DNA of 64,000 bases from Bradymonadia bacterium (GCA_046290225.1 JBKAGE010000070.1:192001-256000), one strand, 5' to 3'; shown: positions 26,978 through 37,204, counted from the stretch's first letter. The notes: a model not told the origin generated them from the letters alone. Program-made: numbers and translations.

Positions 26978-28492
26978 ATGAGTGAACAACGCAGCGACGC
27001 TTCCGGGAGTTTCATCCCGTTCCCCGATCTCATCGACCTCGCCTGTGAGCGCTTCGGCGGCCGGGCCCTCGGCGCCAGCGATGAGTTCTTTGCAGAATCC
27101 GAAAACCTGGTGAAGGCCAGCGATCCGATCTGGATCGCCGACAAGTTCACCGACCGCGGCAAGTGGATGGACGGCTGGGAGTCCCGCCGCCACCGCGCCC
27201 CGGGGTACGATTGGGCGGTGGTGGCCCTCGGCGCCCCAGGCAACCTGAAAGCCGTGGACATCGACACCCGCCACTTCCGCGGGAATCACGCTCCCTTCGG
27301 ATCCCTCGAGGCCTGCTTCTGCGCTGAGGGTGATCCCGGCGCCGACACGGAGTGGGTGCAGATCCTGGCGCCGGTGCCGCTGAAGTCGGACGCCCACAAC
27401 GTCTTCGTGCTCTCGAAGAGCGACGAGATCTACAGCCACGTGCGCCTGAACAACTACCCCGACGGAGGCATCGCCCGCTTGCGGGTCTATGGCGTGGTGG
27501 CCCCCCGACCCATCGAAGGCGAGACCGATCTCGCCGCGGCCCTCGCCGGCGCTCGGGTGCTCTGCTGCTCCGACAACTTCTTCAGCCCCAAAGAGCAGCT
27601 CATCTACCCCGGCGAGCCAGAAGACATGGGCGGTGGCTGGGAGTCCCGCCGCCGCCGCGCCCCGGGCCACGACTGGACCATCGTGCAGCTGGCCCAGCCC
27701 GGTGAGATCAGCCGGCTCTCGGTGGGCACCCGCCACTTCAAGGGCAATCACCCCCAAGGCTGCGACGCCGAGGCGGTGTACTGGCCCGACGCGCAGACGA
27801 CCGACTTGATGGCCTACGAAGGCTGGCAACCCCTGCTCGACCGTCAGCCCCTTGGGGCCAACGCCGATCATCACTTCGAGGCCCTGCCCCTGGGGCCCAT
27901 CACCCACGTGCGCCTGAACATCTACCCCGACGGCGGGCTCTCCCGCCTGCGGGTGTACGGCCGCCCGGCCTCGGTGCCTGTAGATGCTCTGGGCCAGCTG
28001 CTCAACGCCACCTCGGGTTTGATGCTCCGCGACATGCTCACCCGCTGCTGCGGCAGCTCGAGCTGGGTCTCGGGAATGATGGCCCGCCGCCCGTTCACGG
28101 ACGAGGCCTCGGTCTTCGCCGCAGCCGCTGAGGTGGAGGCAGAGCTGACCCGAGAGGACTGGCTGGAGGCCTTCAGCCATCACCCGCGCATCGGGGCCAA
28201 TGTCGAAGCGCTGCGTCAGAAGTTCGCCGCCACTGCGAACTGGTCCGAGGGCGAGCAGGCGGGGGTCGCTGGCGCCGACGAGGCGACGCTGGAGGCCCTG
28301 GCAGAAGGCAACCGCGCATACGAGGCGCGGTATGGCTTCATCTTCATCGTGTGCGCTTCGGGACTCACAGCCGCAGAGATGCTGGCGCGCTTGCAAGAGC
28401 GTATGGGCAATGATGTAGAGGCAGAGCTGAAGATCGCCGCGGGAGAGCAGGCGAAGATCTCGCGTTTGCGGTTGCAGAAGCTGGTGGGCTGA
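26978..28492 (+). CDS. alc: Allantoicase fused to C-terminal OHCU decarboxylase (UraD-like)
   Basis: Two allantoicase repeats (DGWESRR / GGWESRR, DTRHF.GN, YPDGG..RLRVYG) followed by EAFSHHPRIG, SEGEQAG, NRAYEARYGFIFIVCA, EQAKISRLRL. Confidence 0.92.
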   Translation: MSEQRSDASGSFIPFPDLIDLACERFGGRALGASDEFFAESENLVKASDPIWIADKFTDRGKWMDGWESRRHRAPGYDWAVVALGAPGNLKAVDIDTRHFRGNHAPFGSLEACFCAEGDPGADTEWVQILAPVPLKSDAHNVFVLSKSDEIYSHVRLNNYPDGGIARLRVYGVVAPRPIEGETDLAAALAGARVLCCSDNFFSPKEQLIYPGEPEDMGGGWESRRRRAPGHDWTIVQLAQPGEISRLSVGTRHFKGNHPQGCDAEAVYWPDAQTTDLMAYEGWQPLLDRQPLGANADHHFEALPLGPITHVRLNIYPDGGLSRLRVYGRPASVPVDALGQLLNATSGLMLRDMLTRCCGSSSWVSGMMARRPFTDEASVFAAAAEVEAELTREDWLEAFSHHPRIGANVEALRQKFAATANWSEGEQAGVAGADEATLEALAEGNRAYEARYGFIFIVCASGLTAAEMLARLQERMGNDVEAELKIAAGEQAKISRLRLQKLVG

Positions 28493-28566
28493 GGGAGCTT
28501 ACCTCAGTGCTCTCACGGTTGACCGCACAGATGCTGATTCAGCTTTGAGAGCAGGAGAAGGCACTG

Positions 28567-29112
28567 ATGGCACAACACTATGAGACTCTGGAGGACTTCA
28601 TCTCGGACGCCGCGACAAAAGGCGTCCTGGTGCCTGATGAGCTGGTGGGCTGTAGTGATGAGGAGATATTGGCGCTGGAAGCCAAATACTCTGTCAGATT
28701 GCCGAATCTGTACCGACAATTTCTGCAAACAATGGGTCATGGCTCTGGCCATCTATTTCAGTACGACCATTTTGACGCCCAATACAAGGACGTACTGACT
28801 CTCACAGAGGACTATCGCAACGCCGACCACAGCCTAGATGAGAGCGAATATGCTCCCGAAGTGTACGCAGAGCTGCTCACATTGGGCCCCCCTCCGACTC
28901 TGAGCGAGGACAGCTTCATCATACTCGGACGACTTGGAGACCATTTCGAGTTCATCCAGTGCAAAGCAGCTTCAGATTCTGCGGTGTACTACTTCAACGA
29001 AGAGACACCAGTTCCAACTCAAGGCTGGGGTTCGGTATTGGACTGGCTTGCATCTATGTTGAACGAAGCCACAGAGGCTCTCGCGTCGGGATATTTCGAT
29101 GGTCTTCACTGA
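28567..29112 (+). CDS. SMI1/KNR4 (SUKH) family protein
   Basis: GCSDEEILALEAKYSVRLPNLYRQFLQTMG is the typical SUKH N-terminus; AGGAG RBS; visibly more AT-rich than flanks. Confidence 0.85.
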   Translation: MAQHYETLEDFISDAATKGVLVPDELVGCSDEEILALEAKYSVRLPNLYRQFLQTMGHGSGHLFQYDHFDAQYKDVLTLTEDYRNADHSLDESEYAPEVYAELLTLGPPPTLSEDSFIILGRLGDHFEFIQCKAASDSAVYYFNEETPVPTQGWGSVLDWLASMLNEATEALASGYFDGLH

Positions 29113-29235
29113 GAAGTGTCCAGTTCAGTTCTGCCAACTCATTCATATTCCACAGGCCAATACTCGATACAACGCGAGCCTCCAACCTATGAGCAACCCT
29201 ATCGTAGCTCCTGGCGCGGCGACTCAGGGTGAATC

Positions 29236-29676
29236 ATGAAATTCCTATCAACCAAAGACTACTACAACTTCCCCTGCTCCCACCGTCGCTGGCGGCATGA
29301 CGGCCACTGCGCCCACGTGCACGGCTACAGCCGCTCGTTCCACCTCACCTTCGAAGCGTCAGAGCGGAACGAGGTCGGGTTCGTTCTGGACTTTGGGGGC
29401 CCAGCGGCGAAGGAGATCCGCAGGTTTCTCGAAGAGACCTTCGACCACACTCTCCTGCTCGACAGCGACGATCCCCTGCTTCCACGCTTCAGGGAGCTCG
29501 AACAATTAGGCGCGTGTGTGTTGAAGACCTGGGATGACGTGGGCATGGAGGGCACCGCCTTCATGGTCTACGGCAAGGTCTCCGAGATTCTGGCTCGGCA
29601 CGAGAACGGTCGAGTGTGGTGCACACGTATCGAGGTACGGGAGAACAACAAGAACAGCGGTATCTTCATCCCTTAA
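29236..29676 (+). CDS. queD: 6-carboxytetrahydropterin synthase / PTPS family
   Basis: SHR...HCAHVHGYS, VLDFG, FDHTLL, EVRE tunnel-fold motifs. Confidence 0.8.
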   Translation: MKFLSTKDYYNFPCSHRRWRHDGHCAHVHGYSRSFHLTFEASERNEVGFVLDFGGPAAKEIRRFLEETFDHTLLLDSDDPLLPRFRELEQLGACVLKTWDDVGMEGTAFMVYGKVSEILARHENGRVWCTRIEVRENNKNSGIFIP

Positions 29677-29703
29677 AAGGGCGCGCTTGCTACACGCCCC
29701 CTT

Positions 29704-30633
29704 CTACAAACGCACGCCCTTCACCGTGAACACATCCGCCTCGCGGACTCGGTCCTCAATCATGGCCACATCACGCAAATACAGCGTGTTCCCCTTCGGC
29801 GCTCGATCAGACAGACGCTCGATCCGGCGGTCGTATGGGTGATATGCGCAGGGCAGATAACCCCAATCCACCATTTGCTGGTGGATCGCCCCCTCGTCGT
29901 GACCGTACCGGCTGCCATGGCCCGTGAGCTCCAGCAGCACCGCCTGGGTCGCGTCTGAAGAGAACACCCGCTCTCCACCAGCGATGACCTCGGCCTCGAA
30001 GCCCTCGACGTCCACCTTGATCAGGAACGGCTTCTCGTCGGCTTCGACGAGCGTGTCCAGAGGCCGGATCGGTACCTCGATGACATCGCCAGCGTAGTCT
30101 TCCCCGTCGGAGAGCACGTGATTTGACATGTCGCTCGAGGCGGTGAACCGCAGCAGGCCCGCGTCGCGGCCCAGACCGCAGTTGTGCAGCCGCACTCGCT
30201 CGGTGAGGCCGTTGAGCAGCATGTTGTCGGTGAGCCCCTTGAAGGTGTGGGGCACCGGCTCGAAGGTGATCGCTCGGGCGCCCACGGCGCCGGCGGCGAG
30301 CACGGTGTAGCTGCCCACGTTGGCGCCCACGTCGAGCATCAGATCGGTGGCCCGCATGGCGTGGAGCACGAAGGCCATGTCCTCGAACTCGTGCAGGCCG
30401 GTGTAGATGTTCCCCGTGGCCCCGGTCATGCCCGGGCGCACCAGGAGCCGGGTGTCGTCGACGAAGGGCGCAGCCACCGCCCCAGGCACGAGGCGGCTGC
30501 CCACCTGCCAGCGAGCGTAGTCTGCCAGAGCGCGTACGCGGTGCTGGCTGCTCAGGGGGTGCTGCCAGATGAACTTGAGGGTCTGCTGTACGAAGTTCAT
30601 GGGGGCCTTCATCGTTTTAGTTATCCGGCTCAT
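29704..30633 (-). CDS. FkbM-family SAM-dependent methyltransferase
   Basis: LDVGANVG, FEP, IKVDVEGFE; ATGA overlap with upstream gene. Confidence 0.92.
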   Translation of the reverse strand: MSRITKTMKAPMNFVQQTLKFIWQHPLSSQHRVRALADYARWQVGSRLVPGAVAAPFVDDTRLLVRPGMTGATGNIYTGLHEFEDMAFVLHAMRATDLMLDVGANVGSYTVLAAGAVGARAITFEPVPHTFKGLTDNMLLNGLTERVRLHNCGLGRDAGLLRFTASSDMSNHVLSDGEDYAGDVIEVPIRPLDTLVEADEKPFLIKVDVEGFEAEVIAGGERVFSSDATQAVLLELTGHGSRYGHDEGAIHQQMVDWGYLPCAYHPYDRRIERLSDRAPKGNTLYLRDVAMIEDRVREADVFTVKGVRL

Positions 30634-32081
30634 CTACACGCGCCTGTATCGGTGCATTGGCCCCCGTTACATGAGGCAGGGAAGTTGCCGGCGCACTCGC
30701 ACCAGTCACCGTCGGGGCAACAGAACTGCCACCCGCACTGGTTGCAGCGGCGCCATTCGGTGCCGTCGCCGTTGCCGCAGCTGCCCCAGGTGCACTGGTT
30801 GCTGCAGGTGCGCGCTCCACACTCGCCGCAGTCGCCTTGGGATCCGGGGGCGCACACCCCCTGCCCTTCACAGGCGCCCCACTGGCACGCGTCGGTGCAG
30901 CGGCGCGTACCGCAGTTGCCACAGGCCTCGCTCTGCCCCGGGCGGCACACGCCGGCCCCGGCGCAGGCGCTCCAGTCGCCCCAGCGCTGATCATTGCCGC
31001 AGGTCCGGCTGCGCTCGCCACAGCCGTTGGGGCACGGGCCGCGCTCCACCTGCCCCGGAGTGCACTCACCGGCGCCGACACACTCACCAGCCCCCATACA
31101 GGTCGAGCCCGCAGGGCAAGGCTCGGCCAGGGCAAAGCGCGGGCACGGATCGCTGCGGATGCACACCTCGGGATCCTGGATGCCGCACCGACGCTCGCCG
31201 AGCGTGCAGCTGCCCGGGCAGGCGGCGACGCACGATCCAGCGTTGCAGGTCTGCCCAGCGCCACAGGGCTGGGGGGCACCCAGCACCATGCAGCCCTCGG
31301 GGCCCTGCTCGCAGATACGTCGGCTGTCACCATCACACTCCACCTCGCCGGCAACGCACGCATCCGTGCAGCTGCCCACACACCCCTCGCCGGCGACACA
31401 GCGCTGGCCGTTGGGGCAGGGTTGAGCATTGGACCAGCTGAGGCAGCCTCCTGTCTCAACGCAGACTTGCTGACGGCCCTCGTCGAGGCAGGCCCGGGCC
31501 CCGGATTCGGGGCAGGCGTCGACACAATCAGTGCCTGTGGGGCGGCATTGCCCTGCGGTGCAGGTCTCTCCCTGAGCGCAGGGTTGAGGGCCGCCCCAGG
31601 CGGGGCAGCCGTTCTTCTCGGCGCACTCGGCGAAGCTGTTGAGCGACAGACAGCGCTGCTCACCAAAGGTGCAGTCGGCGGGGCACGCTTCAGCCAGACA
31701 GCGGCCGTCTTCGCAGATCTCACCGCCGAAGCATGGCCGTCCGGCGCCCCACTCCAGGCAGCCCTGAGGGCCCAACACGCACTCTGAGATCAGCTCGCCT
31801 TCGCATCGCTGTTCGCCGGTGTTGCATTCGGAGGTGCACCCCTCACCGCCTTCGGGCGCGCACTCGCCGGCGGCGCAGATCAGCCCGTCGAGGCAGGGCT
31901 CTCGGGGGCCATAGGTGCCCCCCTCGTCGCAGCGTTGTACGGCGTTGGCCACACAGCGCGAGGTGCCCGGCTCACACGACAGCTCAGTCTCTTCGGCGTC
32001 GCATTCAGCGCCGACGCACTGCTCCCCGGAGGCGCACCCCCAGAGGCTCAATAAGAGCAGGCACCACCAAACTCGGCTCAA
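30630..32081 (-). CDS. Cys-rich repetitive lipoprotein
   Basis: LWGC lipobox; many C..G..RC / PC..G..C..G.C repeats and CG.CG.R.C...C.WG.C repeats; TTG start 5 bp after the ACAD stop. Confidence 0.75.
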   Translation of the reverse strand: MSRVWWCLLLLSLWGCASGEQCVGAECDAEETELSCEPGTSRCVANAVQRCDEGGTYGPREPCLDGLICAAGECAPEGGEGCTSECNTGEQRCEGELISECVLGPQGCLEWGAGRPCFGGEICEDGRCLAEACPADCTFGEQRCLSLNSFAECAEKNGCPAWGGPQPCAQGETCTAGQCRPTGTDCVDACPESGARACLDEGRQQVCVETGGCLSWSNAQPCPNGQRCVAGEGCVGSCTDACVAGEVECDGDSRRICEQGPEGCMVLGAPQPCGAGQTCNAGSCVAACPGSCTLGERRCGIQDPEVCIRSDPCPRFALAEPCPAGSTCMGAGECVGAGECTPGQVERGPCPNGCGERSRTCGNDQRWGDWSACAGAGVCRPGQSEACGNCGTRRCTDACQWGACEGQGVCAPGSQGDCGECGARTCSNQCTWGSCGNGDGTEWRRCNQCGWQFCCPDGDWCECAGNFPASCNGGQCTDTGACR

Positions 32082-32086
32082 CGCGA

Positions 32087-33292
32087 TCAGACCAGCAGCT
32101 CCAATCGGCCCAACATGAAGTCTCGGGCCACCACCATCTTGTGCACCTCGTCGGGGCCATCAGCGAGGCGGGCGGCGCGGGAGAAACGGTACCACTGTGC
32201 GAAGGGCAGATCGTCGCTGTACCCCAGGCCGCCGTGCATCTGAATCGCGTCGTCGAGGGTCTGGCACAGCAGGTTGGCCACGTGGTGCTTGGCCATGCTC
32301 GAGTAGGGCTTGGCCTCTTTGTGCTTCCCCTGCTCGAGCAAAGTGGCGCAGTGGAAAGTCATGAGGTTGCCGGCGTGGATGCCTTCGACGGCCCGGGCGA
32401 TCATGCCCTGGATGAACTGATGCCGCACCAGGGGCTTGCCGAAGCTCTCCCGCGTGGCCACGTATCCAGGCTCTTCGAAGTTGCCCCGGCAGATCTCCAT
32501 GGTCCGGGCGGCGAGGCCCAGCCAGCGCATACAGTGGGTCAGGCGCGCAGGCACGAGACGGGTCTGGGCCAGAGCGAAGCCGGCGCCGATCTCGCCGATG
32601 ACCGCCTCGGGGCCCACCCGCACGTCGTGGAACTTGAACTCCCCCTCACGGTGGGCCAGGAACGGCTCCGCCAGGGTGGGCAGATCGCGCACGTACTCCA
32701 CACCCTCGGCGTGGCGGTCCACGACGAACATCGACGCCCCGCTCCGAGGATCGTCGCTGGTGCGGGCCATGACGATGAGGAACGCCGCATCGCGGCCCCC
32801 GGTGGAGTACCACTTGTGGCCGTTGATGACCCAGTCGTCGCCGTCCTTCACCGCCCGGGTGTAGAGGTTGGTCGGATCAGCGCCGGCCCCCTTGGGCTCG
32901 GTCATACAGAACGCCGAGGAGATCTCGCCATCGCACAGCGGGGCGAGGTACCTGGCCTTGAGGGGCTCGCTGCCGGCCTTGAGCAGCAGATCCATGTTGC
33001 CCTGATCGGGGGCGTCGCAGTTGAACACATAGGCCCCGGCGGGGCTGCGGCCCATCTCGCGGAACAAGACGCACATGCCCATGATGCCCATGCCCAGACC
33101 GCCGAACGCTTCCGGCAGGTGGGGGGTCCACAGCCCCGCAGCTTTGGCCTCACCTCGCAGACGCTGGAGCGTGTCCCATCGCTCCTCGCGGTTCTCGGCG
33201 TAGATGGTGTTCTCTTCGGGGATGACGCGCTCGTCGACGAACGTACGGACGCGCGCCCGAAGGGCCTGAAGCTCAGGGGCGATGTTGAACAT
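32087..33292 (-). CDS. Acyl-CoA dehydrogenase
   Basis: APDQGNM, AFCMTEP, INGHKW, R.SFGKPL, AIQMHGGLG, RLADGPDEVH; AAGGAG RBS before ATG 33292. Confidence 0.93.
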   Translation of the reverse strand: MFNIAPELQALRARVRTFVDERVIPEENTIYAENREERWDTLQRLRGEAKAAGLWTPHLPEAFGGLGMGIMGMCVLFREMGRSPAGAYVFNCDAPDQGNMDLLLKAGSEPLKARYLAPLCDGEISSAFCMTEPKGAGADPTNLYTRAVKDGDDWVINGHKWYSTGGRDAAFLIVMARTSDDPRSGASMFVVDRHAEGVEYVRDLPTLAEPFLAHREGEFKFHDVRVGPEAVIGEIGAGFALAQTRLVPARLTHCMRWLGLAARTMEICRGNFEEPGYVATRESFGKPLVRHQFIQGMIARAVEGIHAGNLMTFHCATLLEQGKHKEAKPYSSMAKHHVANLLCQTLDDAIQMHGGLGYSDDLPFAQWYRFSRAARLADGPDEVHKMVVARDFMLGRLELLV

Positions 33293-33367
33293 GTGGCTCC
33301 TTCTCGGTGGGGCTGGTTCAGCCAGATGGTAGAACTGCGGGGAGTGCATGTCGAACAGGAGTTGCAC

Positions 33368-34132
33368 ATGTCTACGATTCGCGTGGAGCGAAGCGGTCAC
33401 GTGGTCACGGTCGTCCTGAGCCGCCCACATGTACGCAACGCCGTGGACCCCTCGACCGCATCTGAGCTCGCCGCCGCCTTTCGTGCCTTCGAGGCGGATG
33501 ATGATGCTCGGGTGGCGGTCCTCTGGGGTGAGGGCGGGCATTTCTGCGCTGGCGCAGATCTCAAGGCGGTGCACGCCGGCGATGTGCATCGCCTCGAGCC
33601 CGAGGGCGACGGCCCCATGGGCCCGAGCCGCATGCAACTGAGCAAGCCGGTCATCGCCGCGGTGGAAGGCTACGCGGTCGCTGGTGGCCTGGAGCTGGCC
33701 TGCTGGTGTGATCTGCGGGTGGCCTCACGGGAGGCGGTCTTCGGTGTGCTCTGCCGACGCTGGGGGGTGCCCCTCATCGACGGCGGCACGGTGCGCCTGC
33801 CACGGCTCATCGGTGAGAGCCGGGCCATGGACATGATCCTCACAGGCCGCCAGGTGAGCGCCGAGGAGGCCTTCGCCATGGGGCTGGCGAACCGCCTAGT
33901 GGACCCAGGTGAAGCGCGCGGTGCGGCAGAGGCGCTGGCCCACACGCTGAGTGACTTGCCCCAGGCTTGCATGCGCTCGGATCACGCCTCGGCACGTGCG
34001 CAATGGGGGCAGTCGGTGCCGGATGCGATTCGAGCAGAGTTCGAAGGCAGCGTGGGGGTGCTGGCTGTGGAAGGGGTCGCGGGCGCCGGGCGGTTTGCCC
34101 AGGGGGCTGGCCGACATGGGGAGGCTGAGTAG
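33368..34132 (+). CDS. Enoyl-CoA hydratase/isomerase (crotonase family)
   Basis: RNA, FCAGADL, KPVIAAVEGYAVAGGLELA; AGGAG RBS before ATG 33368. Confidence 0.93.
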   Translation: MSTIRVERSGHVVTVVLSRPHVRNAVDPSTASELAAAFRAFEADDDARVAVLWGEGGHFCAGADLKAVHAGDVHRLEPEGDGPMGPSRMQLSKPVIAAVEGYAVAGGLELACWCDLRVASREAVFGVLCRRWGVPLIDGGTVRLPRLIGESRAMDMILTGRQVSAEEAFAMGLANRLVDPGEARGAAEALAHTLSDLPQACMRSDHASARAQWGQSVPDAIRAEFEGSVGVLAVEGVAGAGRFAQGAGRHGEAE

Positions 34133-34136
34133 AAGA

Positions 34137-35423
34137 TTAGTCGTCTATACCCTCGAGGAAGGCCCGCTCAACTGCGGGATAGTCGACCTCTGCGTCGAGG
34201 CGGGCCACCACCGAGTAGAAGCCGAACTGCAGACGGTTCAGGAAGAACATGTCCGCCGGCAGGGGCACGAGGCTGTCGTCCTTCGCCTTGCGGAAGTGGG
34301 ACACCATCTGCCGCATCTCCTTCACGAGCTCGGTGACGAAGTCGCGGCTGATGCGAAAGGGCGGGTTGAAGTGGGGCTCGAAGCAGCGACGCACGTATCC
34401 CAGAGCGGCGTCTTCGTATGCACCACCGTGTGTCTTGAACAGCTGCACGCCCGTGGCCCTGAACGCGGCCTCGTCACCGGCAGCCGCCGTGCGGTGAAGG
34501 CGCCGGGCGAGGCGGTTGCGATCCGCCGGGATCTCCTGAATGCAGCCGAAGTCGAGGAAGGTGACCTGGCCATCATCGTGGAAGATGTAATTCCCCGGGT
34601 GCGGATCAGCGTTGAACATGCCCCCGACGAGGTTGCCCTTGTAGACAAAGCGCCAGAGCGTCTCCACCCATGCTTTGCGGGCGGCCTCGTCCGCGGTGCA
34701 CGCCTCGGTGAAGGTGTCTCCACGGACGAAGGCGCTCGTCATCACGCGGTGGGCACACAGCTTGGGGAACAGCGCCGGGATGCGGATCGTGGGATCACCG
34801 GCGTGCAGGTCGATGAACTGCTGCTGACGGCGCGCCTCGTGGGTGTAGTCCAGCTCCTCTCGGAAGCGGGTACGCACCACCTCGAGCACCTCTTTCGAAT
34901 TGAACTTCCGGGTGCCCATGACCGACAGGGCAGACTCCAGCAGGCCGGCGTTCTTGAGATCGCTCTCTACAGCTTCGGCCACCCCTGGGTGCTGCACCTT
35001 CACCGCCACCTCGACCCCGTCGAGGGTGACGGCGCGATGCACCTGACCGATGGAGGCGCTGGCGATGGGTGTGTCGTGCCATTCGGCGAACAGCTGATCG
35101 ATGGGGGCTTGCAGTTGCGACTCGACGAGTTGACGGATCGCCGTGGGATCAGAGGTGGGCGCCGCCGCCTGCAGGCCCTGCATCCAGCGCTCGTAGGCAT
35201 CTCGTTGATCGGGCGGCACCACCCCGTCGATGTAGCTGGCCATCTGGCCCACCTTCGCCGCGAGGCCACGCAGATGCCCCATGACCTCGGCGGCCTTGCG
35301 GGCGTTGCCCTGGCCATCTTTCGCCCGGCCCATCAGCTGAGTCACGCCCGCTCGGGCGCCCACCTTCGCCAGGCGAGCCAGGCGGCCCAGGCGGCCTCGG
35401 GGGATCTCACGTTCGTCGGACAC
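34137..35423 (-). CDS. ABC1/UbiB (AarF) atypical kinase
   Basis: KVGQ, ASASIGQVHRA, VAVKVQHPG, EELDY, ADPHPGN, LDFG. Confidence 0.92.
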   Translation of the reverse strand: MSDEREIPRGRLGRLARLAKVGARAGVTQLMGRAKDGQGNARKAAEVMGHLRGLAAKVGQMASYIDGVVPPDQRDAYERWMQGLQAAAPTSDPTAIRQLVESQLQAPIDQLFAEWHDTPIASASIGQVHRAVTLDGVEVAVKVQHPGVAEAVESDLKNAGLLESALSVMGTRKFNSKEVLEVVRTRFREELDYTHEARRQQQFIDLHAGDPTIRIPALFPKLCAHRVMTSAFVRGDTFTEACTADEAARKAWVETLWRFVYKGNLVGGMFNADPHPGNYIFHDDGQVTFLDFGCIQEIPADRNRLARRLHRTAAAGDEAAFRATGVQLFKTHGGAYEDAALGYVRRCFEPHFNPPFRISRDFVTELVKEMRQMVSHFRKAKDDSLVPLPADMFFLNRLQFGFYSVVARLDAEVDYPAVERAFLEGIDD

Positions 35424-35533
35424 TCACGCTCCTTCGGACGATCAGGGTGTTCTCGACACGCTTCTTCTCGACAAGCGCGTCACCGCCGCATACTCCATCG
35501 TTCAAGATGCACGAGGCAAGATCTGGACGCGCC

Positions 35534-36313
35534 ATGAGTCACGACCACATTCACGACATCGACGGGGTGGTGAAACACCTCGAGTCTCTCATCGACGCCG
35601 CACAGGCCGAGCGCTCGCGTCGCGGCTACTTCATGGCCCTCTATCACGGCGTCACCGTACGTGTACGTCGAAAAATCGAAGAGGGGGGCTATTTCGAAGA
35701 TGACGCCCGGATGGAGCGCTTCGACGTCATCTTCGCCAAGTACTACTTTCGGGCCCTCGACCAATGGCTTGGTCACGGGGTGCCCTCGGCGCCCTGGCAG
35801 CTGGCCTTCGAGTGCCTCGACGACGAGCCCTATCTGATTTTGCAGCATTTGTTGCTGGGCATGAACGCTCACATCGCCTTCGACCTCGCCCAGGCCGCCG
35901 CTGAGACCGCGCCTGGTGAGGCTGTGCACGATCTCGAGTTCGACTTCGGGCGCATCAACGACCTGCTCGCCGCCACCGTCGACGACGTACAGGACGGCCT
36001 CGCCCCCCACGCACCCCTTCTGGGCCTCATCGACCGGGTCGGTGGCCCTCTGGACGAGCTTGCAGCCTCAAAGGCCATGGCCCTCACCCGGGAAGGCGCC
36101 TGGATCGGCACCAAGGCCATCGCCCTCGCTCAAAATCAGAGCGAGAAAGCCATGGCGGTCAACGCGCTGCGCGCGGTGTCGATCAAAACGGGCGGTGTCA
36201 TCTCCCAACGGCCGCGGCGGCTCATGCGCTTCATCAGGCTCACGGAGTCGTGTCATCGTCGACCGCACAAGATCGACGATGTCATCGAGACCCTGAAGTC
36301 CGCGCTCGCCTGA
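35534..36313 (+). CDS. DUF5995-like hypothetical protein
   Basis: GYFMALY..VT, F.D..RMERFD..FA..Y, LLGMNAHI..DL pattern. Confidence 0.7.
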   Translation: MSHDHIHDIDGVVKHLESLIDAAQAERSRRGYFMALYHGVTVRVRRKIEEGGYFEDDARMERFDVIFAKYYFRALDQWLGHGVPSAPWQLAFECLDDEPYLILQHLLLGMNAHIAFDLAQAAAETAPGEAVHDLEFDFGRINDLLAATVDDVQDGLAPHAPLLGLIDRVGGPLDELAASKAMALTREGAWIGTKAIALAQNQSEKAMAVNALRAVSIKTGGVISQRPRRLMRFIRLTESCHRRPHKIDDVIETLKSALA

Positions 36314-36349
36314 GCGTCTCTGCACTGTTCACACAGTCCGCCCTGGCAG

Positions 36350-37204
36350 ATGCCCATGCACCACCACATCCCTGGCCTCTTCCTCATCGTCTTGAGTCTC
36401 GTCGCTGGTCTGTCCGACGCATCCGCTCAGGCCGCACAGGCGGGCAAAGGCCAGATCACCTACCTGCACGTCCCTGGCGGAACCTTCACCATGGGCCGTA
36501 CGGACGGCCCACAGCTCGAACGCCCAGCCCACACTGTCACCGTGAAGAGCTTCTGGCTCTCCAAGAGTGAGATCACCGTCGAGCAGTTCATGCAGTGCTT
36601 CACCGAAGGGGCTTGCTCCGCAGGTGGTCTCACGGCAGATCCTGCGTGCAACTGGGGCAAGCGAGACCGCCTCGACCACCCCATCAACTGCGTCTCCTGG
36701 CGTCAGGCCAGGGCCTTCGCCCAATGGGCCGGTGGGCGGCTGCCCACCGAGGCAGAGTGGGCCTATGCCGCCCGAGGCGCCGAGGGGCGGCCATACCCCT
36801 GGGGCGCCGAGCCCCCGACGTGTACTCAAGCCGTTATGCACTCACCAGAGGGCAAAGCTGGCTGTGGCGCCGAGGGCACTCGACCTGTGTGCAGCATCTC
36901 TGCGCCCGGGCAGTGGTTCTGTGATCTCGGCGGCAATGTGCAGGAGTGGGTGGCCGACGCCTTCGCCGACAGCTACACCGACGCCCCCAATGATGGCTCT
37001 GCCCGCCTGAAGGGCCACATCTACTGGCACCGTGTGGCCCAAGGCAAACCACAGCCCGTTCACAAGGCCAGCAGCCGCATCTTGCGCGGTGGCAGCTGGC
37101 GCGACGGCCCCGAGGCCCTGCGGGCCACCACACGGCGCCCGGAGCGTGCAAAAGATCACAACCCCACCGACGGCTTTCGCGTGGTGTTGGAGGTACCCCG
37201 ATGA
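36350..37204 (+). CDS. Secreted formylglycine-generating enzyme (SUMF1/FGE-sulfatase) domain protein
   Basis: GGTFTMG, ERPAH, HPINCVSW, RLPTEAEW..AARG, YPWG, DLGGNVQEW, RGGSW, GFR. Confidence 0.92.
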   Translation: MPMHHHIPGLFLIVLSLVAGLSDASAQAAQAGKGQITYLHVPGGTFTMGRTDGPQLERPAHTVTVKSFWLSKSEITVEQFMQCFTEGACSAGGLTADPACNWGKRDRLDHPINCVSWRQARAFAQWAGGRLPTEAEWAYAARGAEGRPYPWGAEPPTCTQAVMHSPEGKAGCGAEGTRPVCSISAPGQWFCDLGGNVQEWVADAFADSYTDAPNDGSARLKGHIYWHRVAQGKPQPVHKASSRILRGGSWRDGPEALRATTRRPERAKDHNPTDGFRVVLEVPR

